The notes under the pieces are model-generated. The model worked only from the letters and a program-made list of their open reading frames with translations, searched no databases and had not been told where the DNA came from. Below are positions 9,862-20,297 of a stretch of DNA of 64,000 nucleotides, in pieces. Position 1 is the first letter of the stretch, and every line of letters begins with the position of its first letter. The DNA is taken from assembly GCF_027921745.1 (NCBI RefSeq), contig NC_079238.1, forward strand, positions 744,001 to 808,000, given 5' to 3'. A program made the translations under genes and the position numbers. The stretch is from Schizosaccharomyces osmophilus (Eukaryota).

Positions 9862-11187
9862 TGAAGCCAATGAAGTCCACTTATATGCTTATTGATTTAC
9901 AAATTTGATTGATAACTAGCTGACTGCTTTTCATTTTTCGGAGAAAAAGACCTAATAAGGTTGAGATTTTTATTTGTTGTTGCATTGGGAAGATCTTCGA
10001 TAATTCAACAAACAGTGCCCTTGAAAATATATATAAATAGGCCCGGTTTCAACATATTTTTTAAATTGAATTTATCACAGGTTTCATACAACAAAAACCT
10101 TGAACCTTTCTAGCGAATCATGCTAAGAAATTCAAAAGCTAAGGAACAATATCGGGGCAAGAGCAACTACACTCTATAAAATTCAAGAATGGTTTCAAAA
10201 AGTTTGAATATCAGCCTTGCCTAGACTCTTTGCCTCATTAAGATTGATGTACTTTGCTGTCGATTTCCAAGACTCACCTCGACTGAATGGTAAGCAATTT
10301 CAAATTGAAAAATTTTAACAATAGAAAGGATACATAAAAGCTATAAGCTTGTTTGCCTTTTTGGTTAATTTTGAATTCAATACCGTTGCTTTGGCGGGAA
10401 ATCGAACTTTCTGTTTTCGAATGGCCTTCTTCTTGCCATCATCCTTTTTTTAAATAGGATCTTATATATTGAAAAAAATTCATCTTCTTTTTTTGGCTTT
10501 TTCACAGTGGTTGATTTACCTTGTGTTTGTTTACGTTCTGAGGTACCACTCTTAGCACATCAGAAACACTGTTCCAATCATCTGCCCATTTATGCAGGAG
10601 AGTTAGTTCAAAGCAATTGTCCTCCTGCATGAATTGCAGTTTTTGAATTCAGACGCTGATGATACGCATGCATTTTTTTTGATGAAACCATGAAATACAA
10701 AACTGTAGGCGTTTAGCAACAAGAGCAGGGCGCTTAATCAAACACAATCGAAGCAATATGAACGAACTGCGAATTAATCTTTCGATTACGGTTCCACTTA
10801 CAAAACTAGGAGGCGTTTGAGCAATGTAATTCCAAAAGACTTTCATAAAGTGACTTTTCTGGTTATTGTTTTTCTGCTACTAGCAATTGTTAGAATGGGT
10901 CGAAAGCAAATAAAAATACCCTCCTCAAAATCTCAATAAACTTACATGTCTTCTCTTCATGTATATATCTGTATACTTTTCTGTAACCAACAGAAACTAA
11001 TGAGACGTAACATTAAATCAAATTTTATCAAGCAGTTCATGATTTCACAATTAAATCTGATAAATTATGGAATCCTTCATAAGCTTTGTGACAGAGATTG
11101 TAAACAGTAAAAACCTTCAAGTCAAGGATATACCACATATATGCACATTTGCGATATATATACTAAACAATAATGTTGAATAACTTC

Positions 11188-11259
11188 GGTTGTATGGTGT
11201 AATGGCTAGCACATGAGATTTTGATTCTCGAGACCTGGGTTCGATTCCCAGTACGACCT
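11188..11259 (+). tRNA. tRNA-Gln (UUG)
   Basis: Acceptor stem GGTTGTA/TACGACC; anticodon arm TGAGA-TTTTGAT-TCTCG; T-loop GGTTCGATTCC; upstream TATA-like run and downstream T-run. Confidence 0.95.
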
Positions 11260-11923
11260 TCGACAACCGTATTTTTTTTCTACTATGAACGAGTCGTCCA
11301 AAAAGTAACTAAGAAAAGAATTCACAAAAGAGATTGCTTGAACTTTTGTCGATTTGATCTTTACAAGTGCAAACACACGGTACTTTTAAAGTTACCAACA
11401 AGCAAACGCGTTCTTAGAAAACTGCGAATTCTGTGACAAAAACAAAAAGTGAGTGAAAGCACCTCAATTTGGATAATCAGTTGGGTTTTTTTGTATTAAG
11501 AATATTTTATACGTTTTATAGATGATGCTCACTTGAGTCTGAGTTATTCTGCATTTTTTTATCAAAGCTTTTGAATAATTGCCTTTTGTTTATTTGTTTA
11601 CTTTTCATTAACGAGGTTGGCCAGAATATAACGAATTGCCTCTAATCTAATAAGGAAAGCTTCATTGGCCAATCCAACCATACCTCATACCAGTCACATA
11701 ATGTGGGACCTGTGACTGCTTTGATTGAAATAAACCAGCCACCTGCTTTAAAACCTTCCTTGTACCATACACCTGGAAGGGATATTTAGCAAAGAGCTAA
11801 ATTAATACCACTAATACCCTCCGTAGTTTCATACTATAACCCTCTTTTGTTTATACACTTTCTTTGTGAAAGAAAAAAAATAAAAGTAGAAACTACTACC
11901 TTCGTTTTTGTATAGTTTTTAGA

Positions 11924-12952
11924 ATGCGTTTCTTTGAAACTGTTACTGCTGCTCTCTTTTTTGGAGGTGCATTGGCTGCTCCTTTCCGTCATCCCCATCA
12001 CTTGCACCATAAGCGTGATGGCGTTGTCACTTCTCAGGTAGTCGCCTATACCACTGTTGTCGCAGGAGGCTCTTCTTCAGTTAGCCCTACTAGCTCTTCT
12101 TCTACTGTTACACCTAGCTCTTCTTCCACAACTTCTTCTTCTTCCGCTGCTGCCCCTAGTAGCACTGGTGGCTCTTCTAGCTTCCAAGACGGTGTTTATG
12201 ATTGCTCCAGCTTCCCTTCCGATCAAGAAGGTATTGTTGCCCTTGAGTACCTCGGTCTTGGCGGTTATACGGGCATCCAAATCGGTAACGGTGCTGGAAG
12301 TTCTTGTAGTGAAGGTGCTTACTGCTCCTATGCCTGTAAGCCCGGTATGATGAAGACTCAATGGCCCTCGGAGCAACCTGGTGATGGTGAAACCCGTGGT
12401 GGCTTGGTGTGCAAGAATGGTAAACTTCACCGCACAAACACTGATAAGAATAGCCTTTGTGAAGAGGGTCTTGGATCTGCTTCTGTTCAAAACAACCTCG
12501 GTCAGGGCGTTGCTATTTGCCAAACCGACTATCCCGGAAGTGAAAACATGGTTATTCCCACTTTTGTTGATGGTGGTGCCACTTCTGCTTTGACTGTTAC
12601 TGACAACAACAGTTACTTCCACTGGCGCGGAATGGGTACTTCTGCCCAATTCTATGTTAACAAGGCTGGTTATTCTGCCGAGAAGGGTTGCCAATGGGGT
12701 AACCAAAATGATGATTTTGGTAACTGGGCACCTCTTGTCTTTGGCGCTGGTATGACTGATGGAATTACCTGGTTGTCTATTTTCCAAAACCCCTTGACCA
12801 GTCAAAAGGCCAACTACAATGTTAAGATTGTCGGTGATGACGGCGCCAACGTTAGTGGTGACTGTGTCTTTGAGAACGGTTCCTTCGGTAATGGTTCCAA
12901 TGGCTGTACTGTTGGTGTTACATCTGGATCCGCCAAGTTTGTCTTTTACTAA
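11924..12952 (+). CDS. psu1: SUN-family secreted cell-wall beta-glucosidase-like protein
   Basis: Signal peptide, KR site, Ser/Thr tract, SUN domain (CSYACKPGMMKTQWP, CQTDYPGSENMVIPT). Confidence 0.88.
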   Translation: MRFFETVTAALFFGGALAAPFRHPHHLHHKRDGVVTSQVVAYTTVVAGGSSSVSPTSSSSTVTPSSSSTTSSSSAAAPSSTGGSSSFQDGVYDCSSFPSDQEGIVALEYLGLGGYTGIQIGNGAGSSCSEGAYCSYACKPGMMKTQWPSEQPGDGETRGGLVCKNGKLHRTNTDKNSLCEEGLGSASVQNNLGQGVAICQTDYPGSENMVIPTFVDGGATSALTVTDNNSYFHWRGMGTSAQFYVNKAGYSAEKGCQWGNQNDDFGNWAPLVFGAGMTDGITWLSIFQNPLTSQKANYNVKIVGDDGANVSGDCVFENGSFGNGSNGCTVGVTSGSAKFVFY

Positions 12953-14112
12953 GTTAGTAAAAGGGAACAGGACAGGTGCAATTCACTTTAAGTCGCTGAA
13001 GGCTTTTACGAAGGTCCATTGGTTGTGCATATAAATTGAAGAATGTACAACCGTTATAATTTTGTTATTTCTATGACGATAATAGGCAATGTATGAATTG
13101 CCGACTAAACCATTTCTATGTGGATACAGGAATGGAAAAAAACTAGACGCTAAGATGGGAACAAATACGATTGTTCCATTATTCTGTTTTAAAACTGTGA
13201 TATTCTTTATTAGTATGATAACCCAGTATGTGAAGAACTGAGTGATGTATAAAACCCTCATATGTTCAGTCCTTTCTCTCCTTATTTTCAACTTGACCTT
13301 TCTTTTTATTTCTTTTGATCTTTATACTATTCACTTTCGTTTTTTTTTTTTTAAATGCTATTTATTCCCTTTTTTATATAGTTTGGTTGCTATGATATGA
13401 TTAAATTCCGCAATGACAATGTTAAAATTTTTTTCTGTAAATTTTGTTAGAGTTCGTAAAAAGGAATAAGGAAATGTAAAGAAGGTCGCTGTCGGATAGC
13501 TTATGGTAAAATGAGAACCACTGGTAAGGAAGGGAAGGGAAGAAAATGCGAAGGAGTTAAATCCGTAGAAACCTCGATAAGAAGATACCGAGAGAAACGT
13601 AACTGTAAGGAATTGCAAGGCAAACCAAGAATTAAGAGTCACAACGATAGCGATTACATATATAAGGGCGTTGAAGGATATCTCCGTAAACGCGTAAACA
13701 AAAGGCCACACCACCAAAAAAGGATGAGGTCAAGTATGCGTAAGGGACGAGAGGAAAGGAAAAATTGCGTCGCGCAGCGCGAGATAAGAAATGGGTAAAA
13801 GAGCAGATTCCTGTCTATAGGAGAGATGAAATCTACAAATCAAGGCATCTCAATATGAAAACGAAAGATGTGACAAAGCCCATACAGGTGGGAAAAGTGT
13901 TTATAAATAGCAAGAGATGGCCGGTTCAAGTGAGAGAAAAAACGTCTCTAGCAGGCAGAACAGAGTTAACAACTTGTGAAAGAAATCAGACAAGTGCTTG
14001 TACGAAAGAGATTCATCGAGTGGGAGGAATTTCATTTGCAAGGAACTATAACAAAAGGATCCATAGACAAGATTATTGGAAGACCATCGGGAATTATAGT
14101 GGAAGAAGAGCA

Positions 14113-15615
14113 ATGAGCAAAATGTCGAACCCAGGATGGATGAGTAAAATTCGAAATGTCGATTTGTTTGATTTGGAAGAGCAACCCGCACGAAGTTTTA
14201 TTGGAGGCAAGTGGGTGACCGCATCGTCTGGTCAAGTATTCGATGTAGAAGACCCTGGACGCAGTCGAGTCCTAGCGTCGGTAACGGACATGGCCGTGGA
14301 AGAAACTCGAGAGGCGATTGAGATTGCACATACAGCCTTCCAAAAGTATCGTCATAGCTCTGTGAGAGAACGAGCAGCGATTTTACGCCGTTGGTATGAA
14401 TTGATGTTGGAAAACGCAGATGACTTGGCCACTATGATGACACTGGAAAACGGAAAGTCGTTAGCGGATTCCAAAGGCGAAGTGGTTTATGCGGCAAACT
14501 TTCTCGATTGGTTTTCAGGCGAAGCACTCCGTGTCAATGGTGACTCCCATATGGCTTCGGCACCAAATAACCGCATTTTGACAATCAAACAACCCGTAGG
14601 CGTTGTTGGCATTATCACTCCATGGAACTTTCCTGCTGCCATGATTACTCGCAAAGTAGGTGCTGCATTGGCTGCCGGGTGTACCATGGTCATCCGTCCA
14701 GCCGGAGAGACTCCTTTTTCCGCGATTGCGCTTGCCAAACTTGCAGAACGTGCTGGTGTTCCGGCAGGCGTCATAAACATGGTCACCTCTGACTCTCCCG
14801 CTGAGCATGGCCTTGAATTGACCACCAATCCCCTTGTTCGCAAAGTGTCGTTCACTGGTTCTACAAACGTTGGCAAGATTCTCGCCAATCAGTCTTCATC
14901 TACACTCAAGAAGCTCTCTCTCGAGCTTGGTGGTAATGCTCCTTTTATCGTGTTTGAAGACGCCGATTTGGAAAAGGCTGCCGATGCTTTGATTGCCTGT
15001 AAATTCCGTGGCAGCGGACAAACTTGTGTTTGTGCCAACCGTATATTTGTTCATTCCAATGTTTATACACCATTCGTTCAACTCGTATATGATCGCGTCT
15101 CCAGATTCCAACTCGGTTACGGTCTTGACGAAGGCGTAACCCACGGTCCCCTTGTCAGTCGCAAGGCCGTTCACAAGGTACAGGAGCATGTGAATGATGC
15201 TCTCAATAAAGGTGCTACCGCTCTCACCGGTGGTTCCGTCGCTTCTGAAATGGGTCCTTGCTATTTCCATCCCACCGTCCTCATTGAGGCCAAGCACAAC
15301 ATGCTCATTGCTCAGGAAGAGACCTTTGGTCCTGTTTGTGCCCTCTTCAAATTCTCCACCGAAGAAGAGGTCCTTAAGCACGCTAACAATACGCCCGTAG
15401 GCTTGGCTGGCTATCTGTTTTCCAAAGATATTTCTCGCGTCTTTCGCGTTGCCGAAGCCCTTGAGGTTGGCATGGTAGGCTGTAACACGGGTGCTGTCTC
15501 TGATGTGCTTTCTCCATTCGGCGGTGTCAAGGAAAGCGGATATGGTCGTGAAGGTAGTCAACATGGCATTTCCGAATACTTGGACATCAAGTCAATGACG
15601 ATCTCTCTCGACTAA
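14113..15615 (+). CDS. Succinate-semialdehyde dehydrogenase (ALDH family); start may be the upstream ATG at 13855
   Basis: ITPWNFPAAMITRK, FTGST, LELGGNAP, GQTCVC, EETFGP and FGGVKESG motifs. Confidence 0.92.
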   Translation: MSKMSNPGWMSKIRNVDLFDLEEQPARSFIGGKWVTASSGQVFDVEDPGRSRVLASVTDMAVEETREAIEIAHTAFQKYRHSSVRERAAILRRWYELMLENADDLATMMTLENGKSLADSKGEVVYAANFLDWFSGEALRVNGDSHMASAPNNRILTIKQPVGVVGIITPWNFPAAMITRKVGAALAAGCTMVIRPAGETPFSAIALAKLAERAGVPAGVINMVTSDSPAEHGLELTTNPLVRKVSFTGSTNVGKILANQSSSTLKKLSLELGGNAPFIVFEDADLEKAADALIACKFRGSGQTCVCANRIFVHSNVYTPFVQLVYDRVSRFQLGYGLDEGVTHGPLVSRKAVHKVQEHVNDALNKGATALTGGSVASEMGPCYFHPTVLIEAKHNMLIAQEETFGPVCALFKFSTEEEVLKHANNTPVGLAGYLFSKDISRVFRVAEALEVGMVGCNTGAVSDVLSPFGGVKESGYGREGSQHGISEYLDIKSMTISLD

Positions 15616-15936
15616 AAAACGATCTAAACCGGTTTCTCTTCCAATGCTTGATTCTAATTCCAAGGTCCAGCGATGTGGTGGATTATTTAATTCCACTCTT
15701 TTTCTACCCCTTTTTTCATGAAATATAACCGTCCTATTTAGTTTCTTATGATACATGTTCACTGTTACCGAAAAAGTGTTTTGTTATTTAAATAAATGAA
15801 AAGTTATGAATATTATTCTGTTTCTCAACAGGATATATAAATAGTAAAAAAATTCGACTAGGTCGTTTGCAAGAGAAATTTTAGAACATCTAATATAACT
15901 GAAAAGTCAGTCTTCCAAGAATTAATGATAAACTCG

Positions 15937-17667
15937 TTAAGCTCTATGAAGTCTCGCTTTTCGGATATCCGTCAAGATGTATTGAATAGCCCACGGGATA
16001 TCACATAATAACAATGCCGTATATGAAAACGGCACTAACCATGAGTTATAAAGTGCATATGAATCAAACCAAGAGTGAAACGGATACTGAAATACTTTTT
16101 CGACAACAATCGGAAAAAAGATGGGAGCAAGGAAAATGCAACTAACAAGAGGGTATAACAGAAATCGAGGAAACGAGAAAGAAAGGAATTGAACGAAAGT
16201 AAGCCATAGTCCAATGAAATAAGCAAGTGAGAAATTTAAAGTGCTTACGGTGGTCAAAAGAAGAGACTTTGACATTAGTGAATAAGCAAGCGTTAATCGT
16301 GTCTCTCGGCGGCTAGGTTGAAATAACAGACATAAGCCAACAGAAGCAGCAGCATAGGCCACAACTAAAGCAACTGGGTTTTGTGCGTCTTTTGTAAGAA
16401 AGCTGGTGTACATGAACAAAAAAGATGTTACCATGTTAAGTAACCATAAACAAAATGGTTTCCACATGTTCAAGTGTTTAGGCTGAGACATCCAATGCCG
16501 ATATCCCCCAATCATCAAACTCGCCGCGATCAGTAATGCAGCTGGCATATAATCACCAATGCTAACAAAGGTAAACTGATTTAACAGAAAATAAAAAAAA
16601 TAGGATTGATGCAAGTGCTCTAATAGATTGTTGAGGGATCGAAAGCAACTTTCAATAGCCTGTCCACATCTAGTCATGTCAAAAGTAAATGGATCTCCAG
16701 CATCGATTCGTACAGTCAAAGCATCAATCTTGTATTGTGGAAAAAGAAAGTGAGCGTTTGTTAAATTTGAAGCCGCTTGTGATACCATACCTCGAGAAAG
16801 CGCCTTTAACCTGGAGCTGTAATCGGAAGACGTATATGGATTGTATACCTCACCATGCAATTTGAGAGAGTACATAAAGCTCGACATGAAGATCTTTGCT
16901 ACAGTATTGATCAGGTCCAAGTTTGGGAGTTGACCATTCGCGGCTTGATACAAAATCTCTGCCACATCATTATTTTCTCCTTTTCTTGGAAGTTCCATTG
17001 CTAGTGCAGCCTGAATGGTTCCTGCTTTGAATCGAAGACCGTTAATGCTATAAGCGAAAGGAGTTTGATCGTGGTATGCAGACAAAAATGCAGAGGTTCC
17101 CGAGACTGGATGATCTGGAACGAGAAGGATGATGTCTTTAGACCAAAGAGACCAACCTTGAAAGTATTTCATTAAACTGATAGCTAAAGCAAGCCCTGCT
17201 TCATTATAATAGCCCTCATTATCCTTCCAGGGAACGCACAGTAAGAGAGACTCAGTTGCATCACCTCTAGGAGACCGGAAAACCGTATAAAAGTTTGATC
17301 CTTCGTGAGATTCTTCGTAAACGTGAGTTGTATAGTTTTGTCTTTGAACGGCCATTCCCATAGTCGTAAATATGGTCTCTAAATCATGGAACATCGGGTT
17401 CCACTCTTCAGCTTCGTCTTTGTTTGACCAGCCCCGGACAAGTGAAAGAGCGGCCCGCATCGTTTTTGTGTTTTCATTTCCAAAGTATGTGTTGACTTGT
17501 CCAGGAAGCAAGGCATTTTCCGACACACGCAGATTTTTCAAAAATTGCACCGATGGAAGTAGAAATATATATAAGGCACCAATTAGTGTACATATAATCT
17601 GAAAGAATAGTAGATGTCTGATTATAAAGGGAACCAACCGAGACTGAAGCTTAGTTATTACACTCAT
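15937..17667 (-). CDS. gaa1: GPI transamidase subunit Gaa1
   Basis: SENALLPGQV, RSPRGDATE, NGQLPNLDL, RSLNNLLEHLHQSYFFY; multi-TM C-terminus; ATG at 17667. Confidence 0.93.
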   Translation of the reverse strand: MSVITKLQSRLVPFIIRHLLFFQIICTLIGALYIFLLPSVQFLKNLRVSENALLPGQVNTYFGNENTKTMRAALSLVRGWSNKDEAEEWNPMFHDLETIFTTMGMAVQRQNYTTHVYEESHEGSNFYTVFRSPRGDATESLLLCVPWKDNEGYYNEAGLALAISLMKYFQGWSLWSKDIILLVPDHPVSGTSAFLSAYHDQTPFAYSINGLRFKAGTIQAALAMELPRKGENNDVAEILYQAANGQLPNLDLINTVAKIFMSSFMYSLKLHGEVYNPYTSSDYSSRLKALSRGMVSQAASNLTNAHFLFPQYKIDALTVRIDAGDPFTFDMTRCGQAIESCFRSLNNLLEHLHQSYFFYFLLNQFTFVSIGDYMPAALLIAASLMIGGYRHWMSQPKHLNMWKPFCLWLLNMVTSFLFMYTSFLTKDAQNPVALVVAYAAASVGLCLLFQPSRRETRLTLAYSLMSKSLLLTTVSTLNFSLAYFIGLWLTFVQFLSFSFPRFLLYPLVSCIFLAPIFFPIVVEKVFQYPFHSWFDSYALYNSWLVPFSYTALLLCDIPWAIQYILTDIRKARLHRA

Positions 17668-18342
17668 TTTCGATCCTTTATATCTGTAATTCCACAGCTG
17701 ACATAGGATTTTATGAAGTCTTCTACAGAATTTTCTACTCAACTTTTCCAAAAATTCGCATGAATTCTTCTTTTTAGGTTGTTTCTTAAGCGTCGCTCGT
17801 TTGTTTACAAAGATACTTGTCTCTAATATTTCGTTCAATTACGCAAATTCAAATACTGAATTGCAACAAGTTTGTAAAACATTATACGACAAAAGAACGA
17901 AGACAACTGACTTTTAATACAGGCAAAAAGGAATGACTAGTGGTTTTACATAGCGCGCAAGAGGTCACACAAAAGTAACAGGTATACAATTATTTGTATA
18001 CGATAAACAAACACATTTTTACCCTTCATCGATAAACAAGAAGTTAGTAGAGTTTTTTTTTTTCATATGCATTCGTAGCTGGCTCTAACCTTCACTTGAA
18101 AATCTAGATACCATAATTATTTTGCAAACACTTTTCCTACTGGGTTTGTTTTTTAGTGTAAAACAGCGAACCAGACGAGTTGGCAAGAATTACAAAAACA
18201 GGAAACTACCATCTTCAGAGTTGTAGAAATTCCTTTCTTGTTTCTTGCATTTTGTATTTAATACGAGGCTGTTTCTTGTTTTCAACCCCCAAAATCCATT
18301 TCTTGGAAGATAAATTCGAGTGAACAAAGGTTTGCCTTGGAA

Positions 18343-20103
18343 ATGAATAGTACGATGGATTTTAAAGATTTTGACAAAGAAGCCATAGGCCAAAATGAGT
18401 GTAGAGTACTCGTGGTATTTCGTTCTTCATCCTTGGAAGACCAAAAGTCAAGTGCCAAGCAGTTTAAATTACAGCTAGAACATTTGATGGAAACGTACGG
18501 CAAGGATCGTATTTGGCAAAATGAAAGATTTACACTGAGTGAAGATACTATTCATGGATTCTATTGTCTCTTTGGATCTACGGATTTTGGCGACTGCATT
18601 GCAGATGAGTGGTGGATTGTTTGGTTGCTTTTCGAGGCCAGTCGAAGTGTAAAAAATGCATTCTGTAGGATTATTGATGCGGATGGAGAGTTTCTGTTGA
18701 TTGAGGCTGCTTTCTCTATACCAAAATGGATTGATGAAGATAATTCAGATTATCGTGTATGGATTCATGATGGAAATGTCCTTCTGCTTCGTCCCGACAG
18801 AGCGAGTCCTCAAGCGTATGAAAGATGTAAACCTTTGTCTAGAAATGAAGCTATTGAGCGAATCAATATTGGAGAAAACTTTGATATCCCTCCAAAAGTG
18901 AACAAGAGTATACAACTCCGACTCGAGGAGTATCCTGAAACAGCAAACAACCACCATCGAGCTGTCGTAACTATACCAAGATCCATCGCTTATTTATTAA
19001 GAAAAAATAAACATCTTATTAGCAAAGCCGTTACCGCCTTTTATTACCGTGATCCAATATCCGAGAAGAAATGTGACTCCATGGAAAAGTTCTATCCCAA
19101 AGATCTTGTTACCATGACTGTATACTTTACGCCGTTATTATATGCTCAGCTGGCTCAGCAGCGAACTCGAAAATTTGCGCCCTTTTCATTGCCTTCTCAG
19201 GGTAAAGAGCCAGCTTTTATTCGAGCCGAGCTGGGCATGAAGCTTGCTTGTGGGTTTGAAATTCTCTACGATTCCAATGAACAAGATGAAATAAAACAAT
19301 TGATTGATCAAAATTTAGAAGGAGCTGTTTTCCCAACGGACGAGGAATTAAAAGCATCACCACTCGTAAATGACGATACCAGCTTCATGGACGTAGATCC
19401 TGATGATTTAGAGAACATGCTGAAAAGTAGGATGAAGGATCTGGAAGAGTCTCGGTCAGATAAAGAGAGTTTGGGCTCTGCGGATTCAGTCTCCTCAGAC
19501 GATGAACAGGCGCCAAATGCGTCACAAATAGATAGAAAAAAAGATTTTAATGAGCATGACCTTAAAGAAATAATTTCAAAAATTGAAAACTTTGTGGAAA
19601 GCGACGACGAGTCCTCTTCTGATCGGCCAGACTTTTACGGCGTTGAAAACTCCGAAGAAGAAGAACAATTATATACTTATGATCCAGGGAACCGGGAGGG
19701 GATTTTCCCAAAGCATGGAATTGCTGAACCCAACGAGGGTGACATTGAGTTTGACGAGACCAAATTTTTCGATATCCTCAAGGAGCCTACCTCAGATATT
19801 GCTGCTACAGATCACCCATCAGCTCTGGAGTCTGATTCTTCTGAGTTATCGGATGATGAATTGCCTGGAAATATGAACTTACAAGAGTACATGCAAGCCA
19901 TGGACGAAGAACTAAATTCCCAAAAAGTTGGAAATAAGGAAGGGTCTTCTGGACCTTTCAAGGACGAATCTTCGGACTTGGGTATAGATTTAAATCTTGC
20001 TAAAAATCTAATAGAGGGAATTCAAGCCAACCCTGATGCATATGGCGGACCCATTTCTACGTTGCTAGACAGCCTTAATATACAAGTTCCAAAAGGAAAA
20101 TAG
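18343..20103 (+). CDS. sgt1: Ecdysoneless/SGT1-family protein
   Basis: FGDCIADEWWIVWLL, DGEFLLIEAA, ELGMKLACGFE motifs; acidic C-terminus. Confidence 0.88.
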   Translation: MNSTMDFKDFDKEAIGQNECRVLVVFRSSSLEDQKSSAKQFKLQLEHLMETYGKDRIWQNERFTLSEDTIHGFYCLFGSTDFGDCIADEWWIVWLLFEASRSVKNAFCRIIDADGEFLLIEAAFSIPKWIDEDNSDYRVWIHDGNVLLLRPDRASPQAYERCKPLSRNEAIERINIGENFDIPPKVNKSIQLRLEEYPETANNHHRAVVTIPRSIAYLLRKNKHLISKAVTAFYYRDPISEKKCDSMEKFYPKDLVTMTVYFTPLLYAQLAQQRTRKFAPFSLPSQGKEPAFIRAELGMKLACGFEILYDSNEQDEIKQLIDQNLEGAVFPTDEELKASPLVNDDTSFMDVDPDDLENMLKSRMKDLEESRSDKESLGSADSVSSDDEQAPNASQIDRKKDFNEHDLKEIISKIENFVESDDESSSDRPDFYGVENSEEEEQLYTYDPGNREGIFPKHGIAEPNEGDIEFDETKFFDILKEPTSDIAATDHPSALESDSSELSDDELPGNMNLQEYMQAMDEELNSQKVGNKEGSSGPFKDESSDLGIDLNLAKNLIEGIQANPDAYGGPISTLLDSLNIQVPKGK

Positions 20104-20297
20104 AAAAAATAGAATATTTTTTCATAACTAATTTAATTTTCTTCTCTATTTTTTCATTAGACGGATTTAATCCACTTCATGTAGATACTGTAATTAAACT
20201 CCGTTCTAGGAATCTATAACTTACCAACACCCACATTGCCAGTGCAAAGTAGAAACACGCTTAAACCAAAGCGTTACGTGTTTCATTGTTAGAAAAT

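Noticed and set aside
12077..12805. 242-aa antisense ORF in psu1 (similar ones in SSADH, dld1, gus1)
   Set aside because: Typical antisense frames caused by strong codon bias in highly expressed genes.
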